64,000 nt of DNA. Origin: Raja brachyura (taxonomy: Eukaryota). The notes under the pieces were generated by a model. The model made no database searches and was not told the DNA's origin. It saw only the letters and a list, made by a program, of their open reading frames with translations. The position numbers and the translations under genes were made by a program. This document shows, in pieces, positions 36,350 to 50,538 of the stretch. The stretch is from contig OY740810.1 of NCBI GenBank assembly GCA_963514005.1, positions 20,088,001 to 20,152,000 of the forward strand. Direction: 5' to 3'. Position 1 is the stretch's first letter. Every line of letters starts with the position of its first letter.

Positions 36350-36878
36350 TGGAGCTCTCTAACTGTCTCTTAAATCCATCCAGTGATTTGGCCTCCACTG
36401 CCCTCTGTGGCAGGAAATTCCACACATTTACAATTCTCTGGGGGAAAACGTTTTTTTCGCACCTCAGTCTTAAATGACCTCTCCTTTATTCTTAGACTGT
36501 GGCCCCTGGTTCTGGACTTGTCCAACAATGGGAACATTTTCCTGCATCCAGCTTGTCCAGTCCTTTTATAATTTTATAAGTTTCTATAAGATCCCCCTCA
36601 TCCTTCTAAACTCCAGTGAATACAAGCCTAGTCTTTTCAATCTTTCCTCATATGACAGTCCCGCCATCCCAGGGATCAATCTAGTGAATCTACACGGTAC
36701 TGCCTCAATCACAAAGATGTCCTTCCTCAAATTAGGAGACCAAAATTGTACACAATACTCCAGATGTGGTCTTACCAGAACCCTATACAACTGCAGAAGA
36801 ACCTCTTACTCCTATACTGAAATCCTCTTGTTATGAAGGCCAACATTCCTTTAGCTTTCTTCATTGCCTGCTGTACCT
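36350..36878 (-). mobile_element. CR1 LINE ORF2 fragment
   Basis: [29 protein letters not shown]. Confidence 0.85.
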
Positions 36879-38911
36879 CAGGGCTGCCAACTCTCACGCA
36901 TTTGAGGAAATTCTCACGCTGATTACAGAAGTTCTCATGCTCAAAAAAAAAAATATTTAAAAATATGAACAAATAAATAAAGTCACACTCCTCCACACTC
37001 ACCAATAAGAATAGTTTTTTTGTCGGCAGGTTCCCCGTAAAGACGAGCAACGACATCCAAAAAGAGATGTCGTTTACCAAAAGCAGGTATTTGCTGAATG
37101 GCTGAAAGGTGACTTTCTGGTCAATGTGAGTAACCTTAAGCCCATCGCACACTATTTAAAATGGCAATGTAGACAGAAATACTGGAGAAACTCAGCGGGT
37201 GATGCAGCATCTATGTCTGAGTTTGACCCTTCTTCAGACTCAAACATTTCTCCAGCATTTTTGTCTACCGCTCTATAGATGCTGCCTCACCCGCATTCAC
37301 ATTCCCGTGCAGATGGTGTGAGAGGTGAGGCGCGGCGGTGGTCCCAGCACCGACACCCCTCCCTCCCAGGCACTGCCCACACCTCCCACCCTCACCTGCG
37401 GCGACTCCGTGTCCAGCGGCGGCTTTGTCCACACCGCATGGAGTTGCCAGGAGCGAACCAGGTGAGTGGGGGCGTCGGTGCCATCTCCAGAGCCGCGGGG
37501 ATGAACCTCGGGCTATAGCTCCGCTCCGATGCCCAACCCCCGGGTCTCTGTCTCTCACCTCCCCTGAACCCCCGGGTCACTGACACTCACCTCCCCCGGG
37601 TCACTGACCCTCACCTCACCTGGACCCCAGCTGGACACAGAGCACCTAGGCCAACCCGCATTCCCTGGGCGGGGGGGGGGAGGGAGGGAAATGCTCCCCG
37701 GACATCGCCAAGTCTCCGCTCACTCCGGGTGTTGTCGCCGGTTCACTGACACACACTCTCACACACAACCTAACACACACTCTCACACACAACCTAACAC
37801 ACACAACCTAACACACACCCTTACACAGACACAAGGTTTAAGGATATGGGCCAAATGCGGATAAATGGGACTAGTTTAGATGGGGCATCTTGATCTGCAT
37901 GGACAAGTTGGGATTAAGGGCTGTTTCCATGCTGTAAGATTGTGTCACACTCTAGAAAGGGTGCAAATTCTCTGGAGAGGATCCAGGGGCGATTTATGAA
38001 CATATTGGCGGGGCTGGAATTTTTTTTCACTTTGAAGAAAGATTTGATAACTGGGATTGTATTCTCTGTAGCAACAGAGGTGAAGAAATTTCTTTGTTGA
38101 GGTGAATAATATTATGAGAATAGGACCTGTTTTGCTTAACAAAGAGTGTAAGAAGGAACTGCAGATGGTGGTTTAAACTGAAGATGGACACTAAAAGCTG
38201 GAATAACTCAGCAGGACATGCGGCATCTCTGGAGAGAAAGAATAGGTGATGTTTCGGGTCGAGACCTTCAGACTGAAGAGGTTGAAAACCAGCCATAAAA
38301 CACAATGACTGGAGATGTGTGTTATCCAACTAAGGGCAGAAATTATAATCATGTGTTCATCTTTATTGGCGTGACACCATAATAAATATATTACAGAAAA
38401 ATTAATTTAATGGGGTGGCATGGTAGCACAGCGGTAGATTGCTGTCTTGCAGCACCACAGGCCCAGATTTGATCCTGACTACAGGTACTGTCTGTACAGT
38501 ATTTGTACATTCTCCTTATGACCACATGGTTTTCTCTGGATATTCCGGTTTCTCCCATATCCAAAAGAAGTGCAGGTTTGTAGGTTAATTGGCTTCTGTA
38601 AATTATCCGTGGCGTGTAGGATACAACTGGTGTAAGGTAGATTGCTGGTCGGTGTGGGCCGAAGGGCCTGTTTCCATACATATGTTTTACATATATATCT
38701 TAATTTCATTGAACCATATACGGTTGAATATGTGGCATTATTTTCGTCTTGTTTCTATAGTTAAAGGGTAAGGTTGATTGATTTATTTGTGCAGAACAGT
38801 GATGGAAGTCTGACTCCTCTTGCCTTGTTTCTAGGTTTTTGTTTCTCTATATATATGCATAACAGCATGAATTATAATCTGATTTCCATACATGAATATA
38901 CTAAGGTCATT

Positions 38912-39111
38912 NNNNNNNNNNNNNNNNNNNNNNNNNNNNNNNNNNNNNNNNNNNNNNNNNNNNNNNNNNNNNNNNNNNNNNNNNNNNNNNNNNNNNNNNN
39001 NNNNNNNNNNNNNNNNNNNNNNNNNNNNNNNNNNNNNNNNNNNNNNNNNNNNNNNNNNNNNNNNNNNNNNNNNNNNNNNNNNNNNNNNNNNNNNNNNNNN
39101 NNNNNNNNNNN
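38912..39111. other. Assembly gap (200 N)
   Basis: Run of exactly 200 N, which looks like a fixed-size scaffolding gap. Confidence 1.
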
Positions 39112-39540
39112 TTCAGTAAATTAATCAAAAGTGACTTGAAACTCAGCCCCAGAATGTACATATAAGAAAATGTTACCCGCACACTACAGCTCAAACACTG
39201 AGCTTGGTATAATCATGACTCTGGACTGGCTGTGATCAAGATCAAACAATGGCTCTGCTCAAGCAGGAAACTTGTTGGAGTTAGGGTGCACCCTTGTAGC
39301 AAGAACAATTGAGCAAAGTGATGGGTGATAAAGTAGCCTTTCTTGACACCAATCCACACTCGGATTGGTTCTGGTCTGGGGTGTTATTGTAAAGCTCTGT
39401 GGTTGTTACTTGCTAAACAAGATCTTGCACCATTTTTTTTTGCCAGAAGAACATTGGAGTTAACCTTCCCTGCTGTCACATCTTACCAGATGGATGTGAA
39501 TCTTCCCATCCTTGGGTTACCAGGATATTTTTTTACTTCC

Positions 39541-39640
39541 TTACATGTAAGCCTGTGCATTACTCATCAATACATCTTGGAAACTTATCATTCATAGTTT
39601 CCAAGATATATTGATGAGTAATGCACTGGCTTCCATGTAA
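39541..39640. repeat. 100-bp near-perfect palindrome
   Basis: 45-bp arms (39541-39585 / 39596-39640), 42/45 complementary, with a 10-nt loop. Confidence 0.95.
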
Positions 39641-40446
39641 AATGAGTTGGTGGGTCACAGGGTGTTCACTAATTCCATAGGGAGATTCACTGAAACACCA
39701 GCTCAGCTGTTTATGTGAAGACCTAATTCCTCTGAAGGTTTTCCTCAAAACAGTGGATCCATCCACTCATTCTTTGAACTGGCTGATTCCTGCCTGTTCT
39801 GGCTCTGATCAGGACATAAATGCTGATGCCAAAGTATCTGATCTCTATAGCTTTACTTTTGGTGCCGGTTGTAAAGGTCCTGACTCCAGGCATCTACAGC
39901 ACAGGAACAGGCCCTTTGGCCCACAATGTCTGTACCCAACATGATATCAAGACCAAGTATTATTTGCCTGCACATAATATCTCTCTATTCCCTGCATAGC
40001 CATGTGCATATCCAAGTCTCTTAAATGTCACTATTGTATCTGTGGCACCACAAACACCACCCCCAAATTTGCAATGGTTTCATCCAAAGTGAGTTGGCTA
40101 TTGCACTCAACACTCATAGTTCACAGAGTAAAGTTGTGATCCACTGGCAAGAGTAACATGATAAGTGGAGCCCAGGCTTGGTTGAGGGCACACATGTGGG
40201 ACAATACCTATCTCGTATCCATATTAGTATGGAGAATTCTGACAACTGCTTAAACCAGGCCTATAACACGGATTGATATCACTCTGATCTTGCGCAACAT
40301 TCACACATTGATTTCAATTATAATGTTTTAGGCAAACATGCTAAAAACGGGCAAATCTGAATTGGGTTTTGAATTGGAATGAATCTGGATGGATGAATTT
40401 ATGGGGGAGAATGTTTTGGTGGTAGGGGGTTATAATTTGTTTGGTA

Positions 40447-41789
40447 CAGTGCCCTCCATAATGTTTGGGACAAAGACCCATCATTTATTTGCCTCTGTAC
40501 TCCACAATTTGAGATTTGTAACAGAAAAAGCACAAGTGATTGAAGTGCACATTGTCAGATTTTAATAAAGACCATTTTATTACATTTTACTTTCACCATG
40601 TAGAAATTACAGCAGTATTTATACATAGTCCATTTCAGGGCACCATAATGTTTGGGACACAGCAATGTCATGGAAATGAAAGTAGTCGTGTTTATTTTGT
40701 TGCATATCCTTTGAATGCAGTGACTGTTTGAAGTCTGCGATTCATGGACATCACCAGTTGCTGGGTGTCTCCTCTGGTGATGCTCTGCCAGGCCTGTATT
40801 GCAGGTATCTTTAGCTTATGCTTGTTTTGGTGCATCATCAATGACGATAAGTGAGCCAGTACTTTCAGCAGCCATACATGCCCAGGTCATAACAGCCCCA
40901 CCACCGTGTTTCACAGATGAGTTGGTATGCTTTGGATCTTGGGCAGTTCCTTCTCTACACCACACTTTGCTCTTGCCATCACTCTGATATGTTAATCTTC
41001 GTCTCATCTGTTCATAAGACCTTTTTCCAGAACTGTGGTTGCTCTTTTAAGTATTTCGTGGCAAACTGTAACCTGACCATCCTATTTTTGCGGCTTACCA
41101 GCGTGTTATCGTGTAGTGTAACCTCTATTTCTGTTCATTAAGTCATTGACAAATCCACACCTAACTCCTGAAGAGTGTTTCTGATCTGTTGGACAGTTGT
41201 TTGGGGATTTTTCTTTATTAGAGAGAATTCTTCTGTCATCAGCTGTGGAGTTCTTCCTTGGCCTGCCAGTCCCTTTGCGGTTAGTAAGCGCACAAGTGCT
41301 CTTTTTCTTCTTAATGATGTTCCAAACAGTTGATTTTGAAAAGCGTGAGGTTTGGCTGATGTCTCTAACAGTTTTATTCTTGTTTCTCAGTCTCATAATG
41401 GCTTCTTTGACTTTCATTGGCACAACTTTGGTTCTCGTGTTGATAAACAGCAATAAAAGTTTACAAAGGTGATGGAAGGACTGGAGGAAAGACGAGGCTG
41501 AGAGCTCTCTTATACCTGCATTAAGGAGGCAATTAAACACACCTGAACAATTGCAAACACCTGTGAAACAAAATGTCCCAAAATTATGGTGCCCTGAAAT
41601 GGGCGGGACTGCATAAACACAGCTGTAGCTTCTACTTTCATGTATAAAAATTGCCTTTAATAAAATCTGACAATGTGCACTTTAACCACATGTGATTTTT
41701 TTTTTCTCTATTACAAATCTCAAATTGTGGAGTACAGAGGCAAATAAATAAATGATGGATCTTTGTCCAAAACATTATGGAGGTCACAG
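40447..41789 (-). mobile_element. Tc1-family transposon with a decayed, internally deleted transposase
   Basis: Long TIRs starting CAGTGCCCTCCATAATGTTT with TA on both flanks. HTH STVWNII..GRPRK and VKHGGGAVM.W.C motifs. Confidence 0.92.
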
Positions 41790-42099
41790 TATTAGCATAG
41801 TATTGAAAAGGACAGGAAAAATATTGGTTTTAAATTGGGGAACAATCTTTTTGAGAAGTGACTTTGGAGTGAAAAGGGACTTGAAGGTAAATCGCTATCT
41901 AATACGATGGGAGGCATTTGAGATTTGAATTCAAGGATTGGGGGTAAACATGTTTTCATAAAGGAAAAGTCTATCTAGCGACTGCTAAATACCCCTCGAT
42001 AACGAGTTGTGTGGGAGGGTAAGATGAGGCAAAAAATAAACCAATGGCAGACTGAACTGAATGCTGCTGTAAACTTAGTACAGAAAACATAGGTGAAAA

Positions 42100-43380
42100 C
42101 AAATGGGGAAGCAAAGAGGCTATTAAAAATACTGTTTTTAATTATGTAATGAACAAGGGGATTACTTTAAAAAAAAAGATTATGACATTGGGGTGACGGT
42201 AGAGGATATCGGTAGGGTACTTGAACAATTTGCACCTCTCTTCACAGGAAAGGAAGACAAGACCAATGTTGCAGTTGGGGAGGAAGAATGTGAAAGAGTG
42301 GATAGGATGAATTTATTGAAAGAGGAAGTATTAAGAGATTTTTGATCTTTGAAAGTGGATAAATTGCCAGGACAAGATGAAATATATCCCAGGCAGTTCA
42401 AAGAAACAAGTGGATAAATATCAAAGACTCTGATCATCAATTTACTGTCTTCCCTGACAGCATGAGTGGTGCCATAGGATTGAAGGGGCGCTAGTGTTGT
42501 ACTGAAAAGGATGAACTGAACAATTACAGGGCCGTTAACCATGGTAGTGGAAAATTATTGGAATTGATTCTGAGGGATAATGTCAATCTTTACTTAGAAA
42601 GATACAGATTAATTGAGATAGATAGGGTGGATTTGTTCAGAATAGGTTGTGCCTGACTGAGGATTGTGGGGGGGAGGGGGGGTGATATCGAAGAGGAACC
42701 ATAAGGACAGTGTATTTGATGTTGTTGAGCATAGTTTGTGACATATATTTCACATGGCAGAATGATCATAGATTACAAGTAATATGTGGGTGATTGGCAA
42801 ATTTGGCTCAGTCACGGGAAGCAAAGGTTAATGGCTGTTTAGTGTTTCAACAATTGGAAGACTGTTGCCTGTGGGATTCCACTGGATTCAGAACTCAGTT
42901 TGTAGGATAGTGTGAAACAAGGCTTACAAGAAATGACGATGTAAGCATGTGGTTGACAGGGAGCAGAAAAATGGCCAATGGAGTTCAATCTGAAGAAATG
43001 CAATATGCCTTTGGGCAGATGTGACAAAGCAAGAGAAAAAGAAGAACACATATGTGGAAGAACAAATGGTCCCTGTGTTGAATGCCCATAGATCCCTAAA
43101 GACAGGACAGCTTTTTAAAAATATTTCCTTAGTAAAGAGAAAATAAATCACAGGGCACATGTTTTTAAGTAATTGATCAAAGAATTTAAAGGAGACCAGG
43201 AAGCAACAGGTCAGGAACTCGTTACCTGGAATGGTGAAAAGAAACCCTTATTATATGAAAGTAAATATTTGAGACGTGTACATGGATAGCTATAGACCGT
43301 GCTGGAACGTGGGACCAGGCTGGCTGACTCTTCAACTGGAATGACATAATGGGCCAAATGGCTTTGTCGCATAAATCTGC
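42100..43380 (+). mobile_element. Highly degenerate CR1 LINE
   Basis: Remnants such as KVDKLPGQDEIYPR and W..AEKWPMEFN..KC, with multiple stops. Confidence 0.65.
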
Positions 43381-44577
43381 GATGATTCTGTAAGAGTCCC
43401 TGGAGTACCAGGTGTGTACAAAGTTGAAGCGAAGCTTGGTACAGGAGACATCTGCAAAGCATGCTTCAGCTTGAATTAAAAGGTTCAATAACCAATCCCA
43501 ACAAAAATCATCAGTCCTACCATCCCAAGTTATGAGTGGTGCTGGATGGTTGAACACTTTTAGCGGGAGATGGCATCCATGGATGTTCTTATCTCTATTG
43601 ATGATGTAGTGCAGTACACTGCATCACAGCTTCAATCAGAAGTTCGAAGTGAATGAATCAAAGTCTGCTTTAGAGATTATGACCTTCACATTAGCTCCAC
43701 GAGATATAAATAAACGGCTGAGAACAGATACAACAAAGTGCTGTGGGTCCACTATGTGCTGGCCATAATGATTAAAAATATGCTGCTGGACCATCCATGC
43801 CTTTAGCCATGGTGTTCCAGTACAGTTGCAGCGCTGACTTCTCCCTGATGATGTGCAAACGTTCCAGGTATGTCCTGTACACAGAAGACAAAACAAATCC
43901 CAACTGACTAATCGGTCCTTTCACATAAAAGTGGGTGGATTTTTGTCAATGCTGTAAACTAGTATCACCTTGACAATAGTCTGATTGCTGATGCTTAGGA
44001 GCAGGCCTCATTATGGCCTTGTTTCAAAAAAATGCCTTTCTCTACTGCAGATACCCCCAGTGCCGTACATATCCCCACCAGTATAAACACACAACATAAA
44101 ATGTACATTTTCTTTTGTCCCCAATTCTGACAAAGAAAACATTAACTATTTTTCATTCCTTAGATGTTGCCTGATCTGTTGACTATTTCTGTTACATGTT
44201 TTTATTTCAGAGTTTTGGCATCTGCAGTCTTATTTTCATGCACAGATAACTAAACAACCTATACTTGTATACTTGGGCTCGGCACGATAATTGACAAATA
44301 ACCTTTGTGCCAAACAAGTGTTGGCCAATGAACATTCCCAACAAGAAAGTCTTGTTGACTCCCAGTGACAAACAACATCATACTATCACCAAATCTCTTC
44401 GGGTCATCATCAACCAGAATCTTAATTGGGCCCAGCCACGTAAGTACAAAGGAATTCTGCATGGACTGACTCAGTTTCTGACTCTTCAAAGCCTTTCCAT
44501 CATCAATTATACAATTGTGATGGCACAGTTGATAGGACATATGAATATGTGGCTCAAGAGCTGATCTAGGAGAAATG

Positions 44578-47500
44578 GGCGGCACGGTGGCACAGCGGTA
44601 GAGTTGCTGCCATGCAGCACCAGTCCCGGGTTCAATCCTCATTACGGGTGCTGTCTGTATGGAGCTTGTACGTTCTCCCCGTATGTAGAACAAGGAGAGG
44701 TTCTGCGAAAGGAATTTGAACAGCTAGGTACCAAATTGAAAAGCAGAACCAATAAGGTAATCTCTGGATTGCTACCTGAGTCGCATGCAAATTGCCATAG
44801 GGTTGAGAGGATTAGAGAGTTGAACACGTGGCTCAAAGACTGGTGTGGAAGAAGTGTTTTTGAATTGTGCAATGTCATATACGTCATATCGGAAAGATAG
44901 AAGGTGGGCAGAGGAGCTGGGGTAGCTCTGTTGGTTAGAAATGAAATGCAGTCCTTAGCGAGGTGTGACATAGGATCAGAAGATGTTGAGCCATTGTGGA
45001 TAGAGCTGAGACATTCTAAGGGTAAAAATATCCTAATGGGAGTTATTTACTGTCCCCAAACAGTAGCTTGAATATATTGTGCATCAGGAGATAAAAGTGG
45101 CAAGACAAAAAAGACAATGCTACAATGGTCATGGGAAATTTCAATATGCAGGTAGATTGTTTAAATCAGGTTTGTACTGGACCCCAAGAAATGGAATTTG
45201 TAGAGTGCCTCCAAGATGGATTCTTAGAGCAGCTTGCAGTAGAGCCGATCAGGGAAAAGGCAATTCTGGATTTAGTGTTATGTAATGAACCGGATTTGAT
45301 AAGGGAACTTGAGGGAATGAAACCATTAGAAGGTAGCGACCACAATATGATACGTTTTATTCTGCAATTTGAGAGGAAGGTGAAATCAGATGTGTTGATA
45401 TTGCAGCTCAGGAAAGGGGACTATAGAGGCATTTGGGAGGAGCTGGCCAAAGTTGACTGGAAAGGGACCCTAGCAGGGATGACGGTGGAACAACAATGGC
45501 AGGAATATCTGGGAATAATCTGGAAGATGCAGGATCTTTTCATTCCAAAGAGGAAAAAAGATTTTAGGGGAGAACGAGGCAACCATGGCAGACAAGGGAA
45601 GTTAAGGACAGTATAGCGAAGGCATGTAACATAGCAAAGATTAGTGGGAAGCCAGAGGATTTGGAAGCTTTTAAAGAACAACAGAAGGTAACTAAAAAGG
45701 CAATACAGGGAGAAAAGATGAAATATGAAGGTAAGCTAGCCAATAATATAAAAGAGGATAGCAAGAATTTCTTTAGTTACATGAAGAGCAAGAAAGAAGC
45801 AAGAGTGGGCATTGGATCGCTGGAGAATGATGCATGGGGAATAAAGAAATGGCAGTTCAATACGTTTTGCACGAGTCTTCACAGTGGACAACACCAGCAA
45901 CATGCCTGAAATTCAAGAGAGTCGGGTTGGAAATTAGTGGAATGGCTATTGCTAGGGAGAAGGTACTTGGGAAGCTGAAAGAGCTGAAGGTGGATGAGTC
46001 GCATGAACCAGATGGACTGCACCCTAGGGTTCTAAAAGAGGTGGCTTTAGATATTGTGGAGGCATTGATAGTGATATTACAAGAATCACTAGAGTCAGGA
46101 GTGGTCTCAGATGATTGGAAAATTGCCAATATTACCTTGCTGCACTAAAAGGAAACAAAGCAGAATAGTGGGAACTATAGGCCGGTTAGTCTGACTTCGG
46201 TGGTGTAAGGTTTTAGAGTCCTTTATATAGCATAAGTACTTAAAAGTTCACAATAAAATAGGCTGAAGATAGCAAGGCTGTGAAGAGGAGGTCTTGCTTG
46301 GAATTTGCTGGAATTCTTTGAAGAAGTAAATAGAAGGACAGACAAAGGAGAGTCAGTAGATGTTGTTTACTTAGATTTTCAGAAAGCCTTTTATAAGGTG
46401 CCACACTTATCTGTTAAGAAAGATGGGAGCCCTTGGTATTAACGGGCAGATACTAGCATGGATAGCAGGTACACAAAAATTCTGGAGAAACTCAGCGGGT
46501 GCAGCAGCATCTACGGAGCAAAGGAAATAGGTAATGTTTCGGGCCGAAACCCTTCTTCAGTCTGATTTCCCATTTCCTTCGCTCCATAGATGTTGCTGCA
46601 CCCGCTGAATTTCTCCAGCATTTTTGTGTACCTTCGATTTTCCAGCATCTGCAGTTCCTTCTTAAACAGCATAGACAGCAAGTTGGCTGGATGGTAGAAG
46701 ACAAAGCGTGGCAATAAAGGGGGATTTTTCTGGTTAGCTGCCAGTGACTAGTGGACAGTAGGCCTTAACCTACCTGATCTCCCGGTTGCTCAGCACTTTA
46801 ACTCCCCCTCCCATTCCCAATCTGACCTTTTTGTCCTGGGCCTCCTCCTTTGTCAGACTGAGGCCCAGTGCAAATTGGAGGAACAGCACCTCCTATTTCG
46901 ATTGGGTAGCTTACACCCCAGCAGTATGAACAATGACTTCTCTAACTTCAAATAGCCCTTGCTTTCCTTCTCTATCCATCCCCTCACCCTTCCCAGCTCT
47001 CCCACCAGTCTTACCGTCTCTGAAGACTGTTGGAGCCGCTGCTCTTCACGTTGTATATTAATGATTTGGATGAGGGGATTGAAGGCATTCTGGCCTAGTT
47101 TGCGGATGATACGAACATAGGTGGGGGGGCAGGTAGTGTAGAGGAAGCACGGACTCTGCCGAAAGACTTGGACAGGTTGGGAGAGTGGGCAGAGAAGGGG
47201 CAGATGGAATATAGTGCAGCAAAGTGTGGAGTCATGCATTTTGGTAGTTGCAATAAAGGCATAGACTATTTTCTAAATGAAGAGGAAGTCCAGAAATCAG
47301 AGGTGCAAAGGGACTTGGGAGTGCTGGTGCAGGATTTCCAGAAACCCATTCTTGGGATATATCTTGTAAACCACCTCTGTTACTTCTCCAGATTCCCTAA
47401 AAGTTAATCTGCAAGTCGAATCAGTAGTAAAGAAAGGAAACTCAATGCTAACATTTATTTCAAGAGGACTTGTATACATAAACATATAAGGCGCTGGTAA

Positions 47501-48240
47501 GGTCTTGAACAATAAAATATTGGAAGCATTTTGGGCATTATATCTGAGGAAGGATGTGCCATCTCTGGAGAGGGTCCAGAGGAGGTTTACAAGAATGATC
47601 CCAGGAATGAGCAGGTTAACCTATGATGAGTGTTTGTCAGCAGTGGGCCTGTACTCGCTGCAGTTTAGAAGAATGAAGGGGGACCTCATTGAAACATACA
47701 GAATAGTGAAAGGCTTGGATAGAGTGGATGTGGAGAGGATGTTTCCACTCATGGAAGAGTCTAGGACTAGTGGTCATAGCCTCAGAATTAAAGGACGTTT
47801 TTTTAGGAAAGAGCTGAGGAGAAATTTCATTAGTCAGAGGCTGCTGAATCTGTGGAATTCTTGCTACAAAAGGCTGTGGAGGCCAAGTCAGTGGATATTT
47901 TTAAGGCAGAGATTGATAGATTCTTGATTAGTACAGGTGTCAGAGGTTATTGGGTGAAGAATGGAGTTAGGTGGGAGAGATGCAGCAGATCAGCCATGAC
48001 TGAATGGTGGAGTAGTCTTGATGGGCCGAATGGCCTAATTCTACTCCTATCACTTTCTACCTGTGTGGGTTTTCTCCGAGATCTTCAGTTTCCTCCCACA
48101 TTTGTAGGTTAATTAATTGGTAGAAATGTAAGATTGTCCCTAGTGTGTGTAGGATAGTGTGGGTGTGCAGAGATCACTGGACTCGATGGATCGTAGGGCC
48201 TGTATCACGCTGTATCTTTAAACTAAACCAAACATAAAAC
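44578..48240 (+). mobile_element. tRNA-SINE split by a long decayed CR1 (about 44685-48055), itself interrupted by Penelope repeats
   Basis: SINE head at 44578-44682 and tail from about 48059. Inside are CR1 ORF1 (VISGLLP), endonuclease (VMGNFN, SDHN), RT (FADD) and 3' regions. Penelope pieces lie at about 46468-46665 and 46770-47020. Confidence 0.8.
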
Positions 48241-49412
48241 TAAATGGCTTCAAGCTTTTGGATTATTTAGATCCTTTTTGAGACAGGGATGACCAGTACA
48301 AGAAAGAAGGTTTGTTCCTGAACTTGAGGGGTGCCAATGTCCATGCTTGGAGATTTGCTAGTGCTAGGCAGGAAGGTTTACACAAGTGGGAGGGGTGGGG
48401 AAGGGGATGACTAGGAAATAGTTATGATAGTGAATATCCTGAGGAGATCAGCCAATAAGGCAATATAGGTCGAATTCAGCAATAAGAAATGGGCAATGTG
48501 ACCTATGTTTGCTATACTACAAGGTTTCCAATAGTCAGCAGGAATCAAAACAAATACGTAGGAAAATCATTTAGGCATAAAGGTGGTAGGGTTGTACTGG
48601 TAAGGGTTTTTAACTTTTCAAATGTTGTCTGCGAGTGCCTTAGTGCAGGAACTTGCATGGGAAAGTATTTGTAAATTGCATTCAAGTGGGTTTTCAGAAG
48701 CAGTATGTAAAGAGTCCCACCAGGGAGAGTTGATACCTGACATACCTCGGGGAATAAGGATAGGCAAGTCACTTGAGTGACACTTTGTGAACACTGACAA
48801 TAGTTTGCTAAGTATCATGACCATCATGTAAAAATATAACACAATTTAGGGCTCTAAATGGGGGAAGGCAGATTTCCTCAGATTGGGAGAGGTAGATCGG
48901 AAGCAGCTGGTAGGGGAAAAGCAACCTGTGATAAGTGGAAGGTTTTAAGAGTAAGATTGCAGACCAGAGTCAGCACGTCCCTGTAAGGGTAAAAAGCATA
49001 GTTGGTAAATTTGAGGAATTTATTGAAGGTTTGATCAGGGAAAAGAAGGAAGTGCACCTCAGGTGTAGGAGATAATTATCAAAACGTTTATGGGAATAGA
49101 GGAGAAAATGTAAGAAAGAAATCGGGAGAGAATAAAATGAGAACACAAAATAACATTAGGAAATAGGATTAAGAAGAATCCTAAAACCCTTGCATTGGAA
49201 GCAAAAGGTTAGCTAAGGAAGCACTGGGTATCCTCAATGGAACGGGAGGCTGAGGAGTGATCTTATAAAGATTTATAACAATACGAAGGGCACAGAAGAA
49301 AGAGATAGTCTGAATCTTTTTCCCCGGACAGGGGAGTCTAGAATCAGAGGACACGGCTTTAAGACGAGAGGAAAAAAATTTAAAGGAGATCGTGTGCAAA
49401 ATGTAAAAGAAA

Positions 49413-50538
49413 TCTATATTACTAAAAGTCTGATCACGATCGCTTTTGGCTTGCTGTGCTGTAATTTCCGAGAGAACGGCGCCACCTATGGCCTTCATTT
49501 TTGGCCATCTTGCTCAGAGCCCCCCTCCACCTTCCTGGACTGGAGGATTTTTCCCATCGATGAAAAATCAGGGAGATATTAATGTTTTTTAAAAATGTGC
49601 CATTCTCTCTGCTGCCCCTGCTGGTGTGAGGGACTATAAAACCCGGAAGTGGTGTGCCTCACTCAGTCTCTGCAAGATGGAGGAAGCCAGAGGGCCACGC
49701 CTTCTGAGCTCTGAATAACACTGAACACATGTCTACTCAACTGTGAGTGCCCTTAATGTGGTTTGAAAATGAAAATATGGTTGGTTTGATGTAAAAATGC
49801 ACTGCCAGCAAATGGTTGTTTGGGTTGAAGTAAAAAGGCACTACTGCAAATGGTGGTTTGGGTGCTTTGAGTTGAAGTAAAAAGGCACTACTGCAAATGG
49901 TGGTTTGGGTGCTTTGGGTTGAAGTAAAATGGCACTACTGCAAATGGTGGTTTGGGTGCTTTGGGTTGAAGTAAAAAGGCACTACTGCAAATGGTGGTTT
50001 GGGTAACTTCCTGTTTGCACTGTATATTGATTTTAGATAAAATGCTACCACTTACAGCTGTGATTTTTGGCCATCTTACTCTGTCCCCGTCCGCTCAGCA
50101 GGTGCAGAGGATTCTTCCCATTAATTAAAAATAAAAGTGTTATTAATGTTTTAAAAAATGTTGAGAATGTCTCTCCTGTCAATCACGCCATGAAGGCCAC
50201 ACCTACTTGAAGTGGTAGGAAACTGCACGTGAATTTGGTCGCCTTGCACCCTGCTCGAAGTGGTAAGAAACTGCACTTGAATTTGGTGGCCTTGCACCCT
50301 GCTTGAAATGGAATTTCAAGGAATAACCATGAGTCAACTGCCAGCCCACCAGCCGTGAGTGAGCTGCCAGCACATCAGGCTTGAGGGACTGAGCTGTCAC
50401 CCCAAGACCCCATACCAGCGCTCCAGAATTCCCCCCCACTGGCCACCAATATTGGAATTGGTGGAGAAGTGGAATATTGCGTCAGGGGACCAACACTCCC
50501 GAGTGAATATGGGACCCAACGGGTCCCACTTAGTCTAG
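49413..50538 (+). mobile_element. Non-autonomous Helitron, copy 2 (inserted in a CR1 remnant)
   Basis: A|TC..CTAG|T termini, hairpin GGGACCC-AAC-GGGTCCC (50511-50527), and an internal ~47-bp tandem repeat at about 49780-50003. Confidence 0.88.

Noticed and set aside
38774-39194. ORFs containing X runs
   Set aside because: Artefacts of the 200-N gap.
49780-50003. CRISPR-like array
   Set aside because: A spacerless ~47-bp tandem repeat inside a Helitron in eukaryotic DNA.
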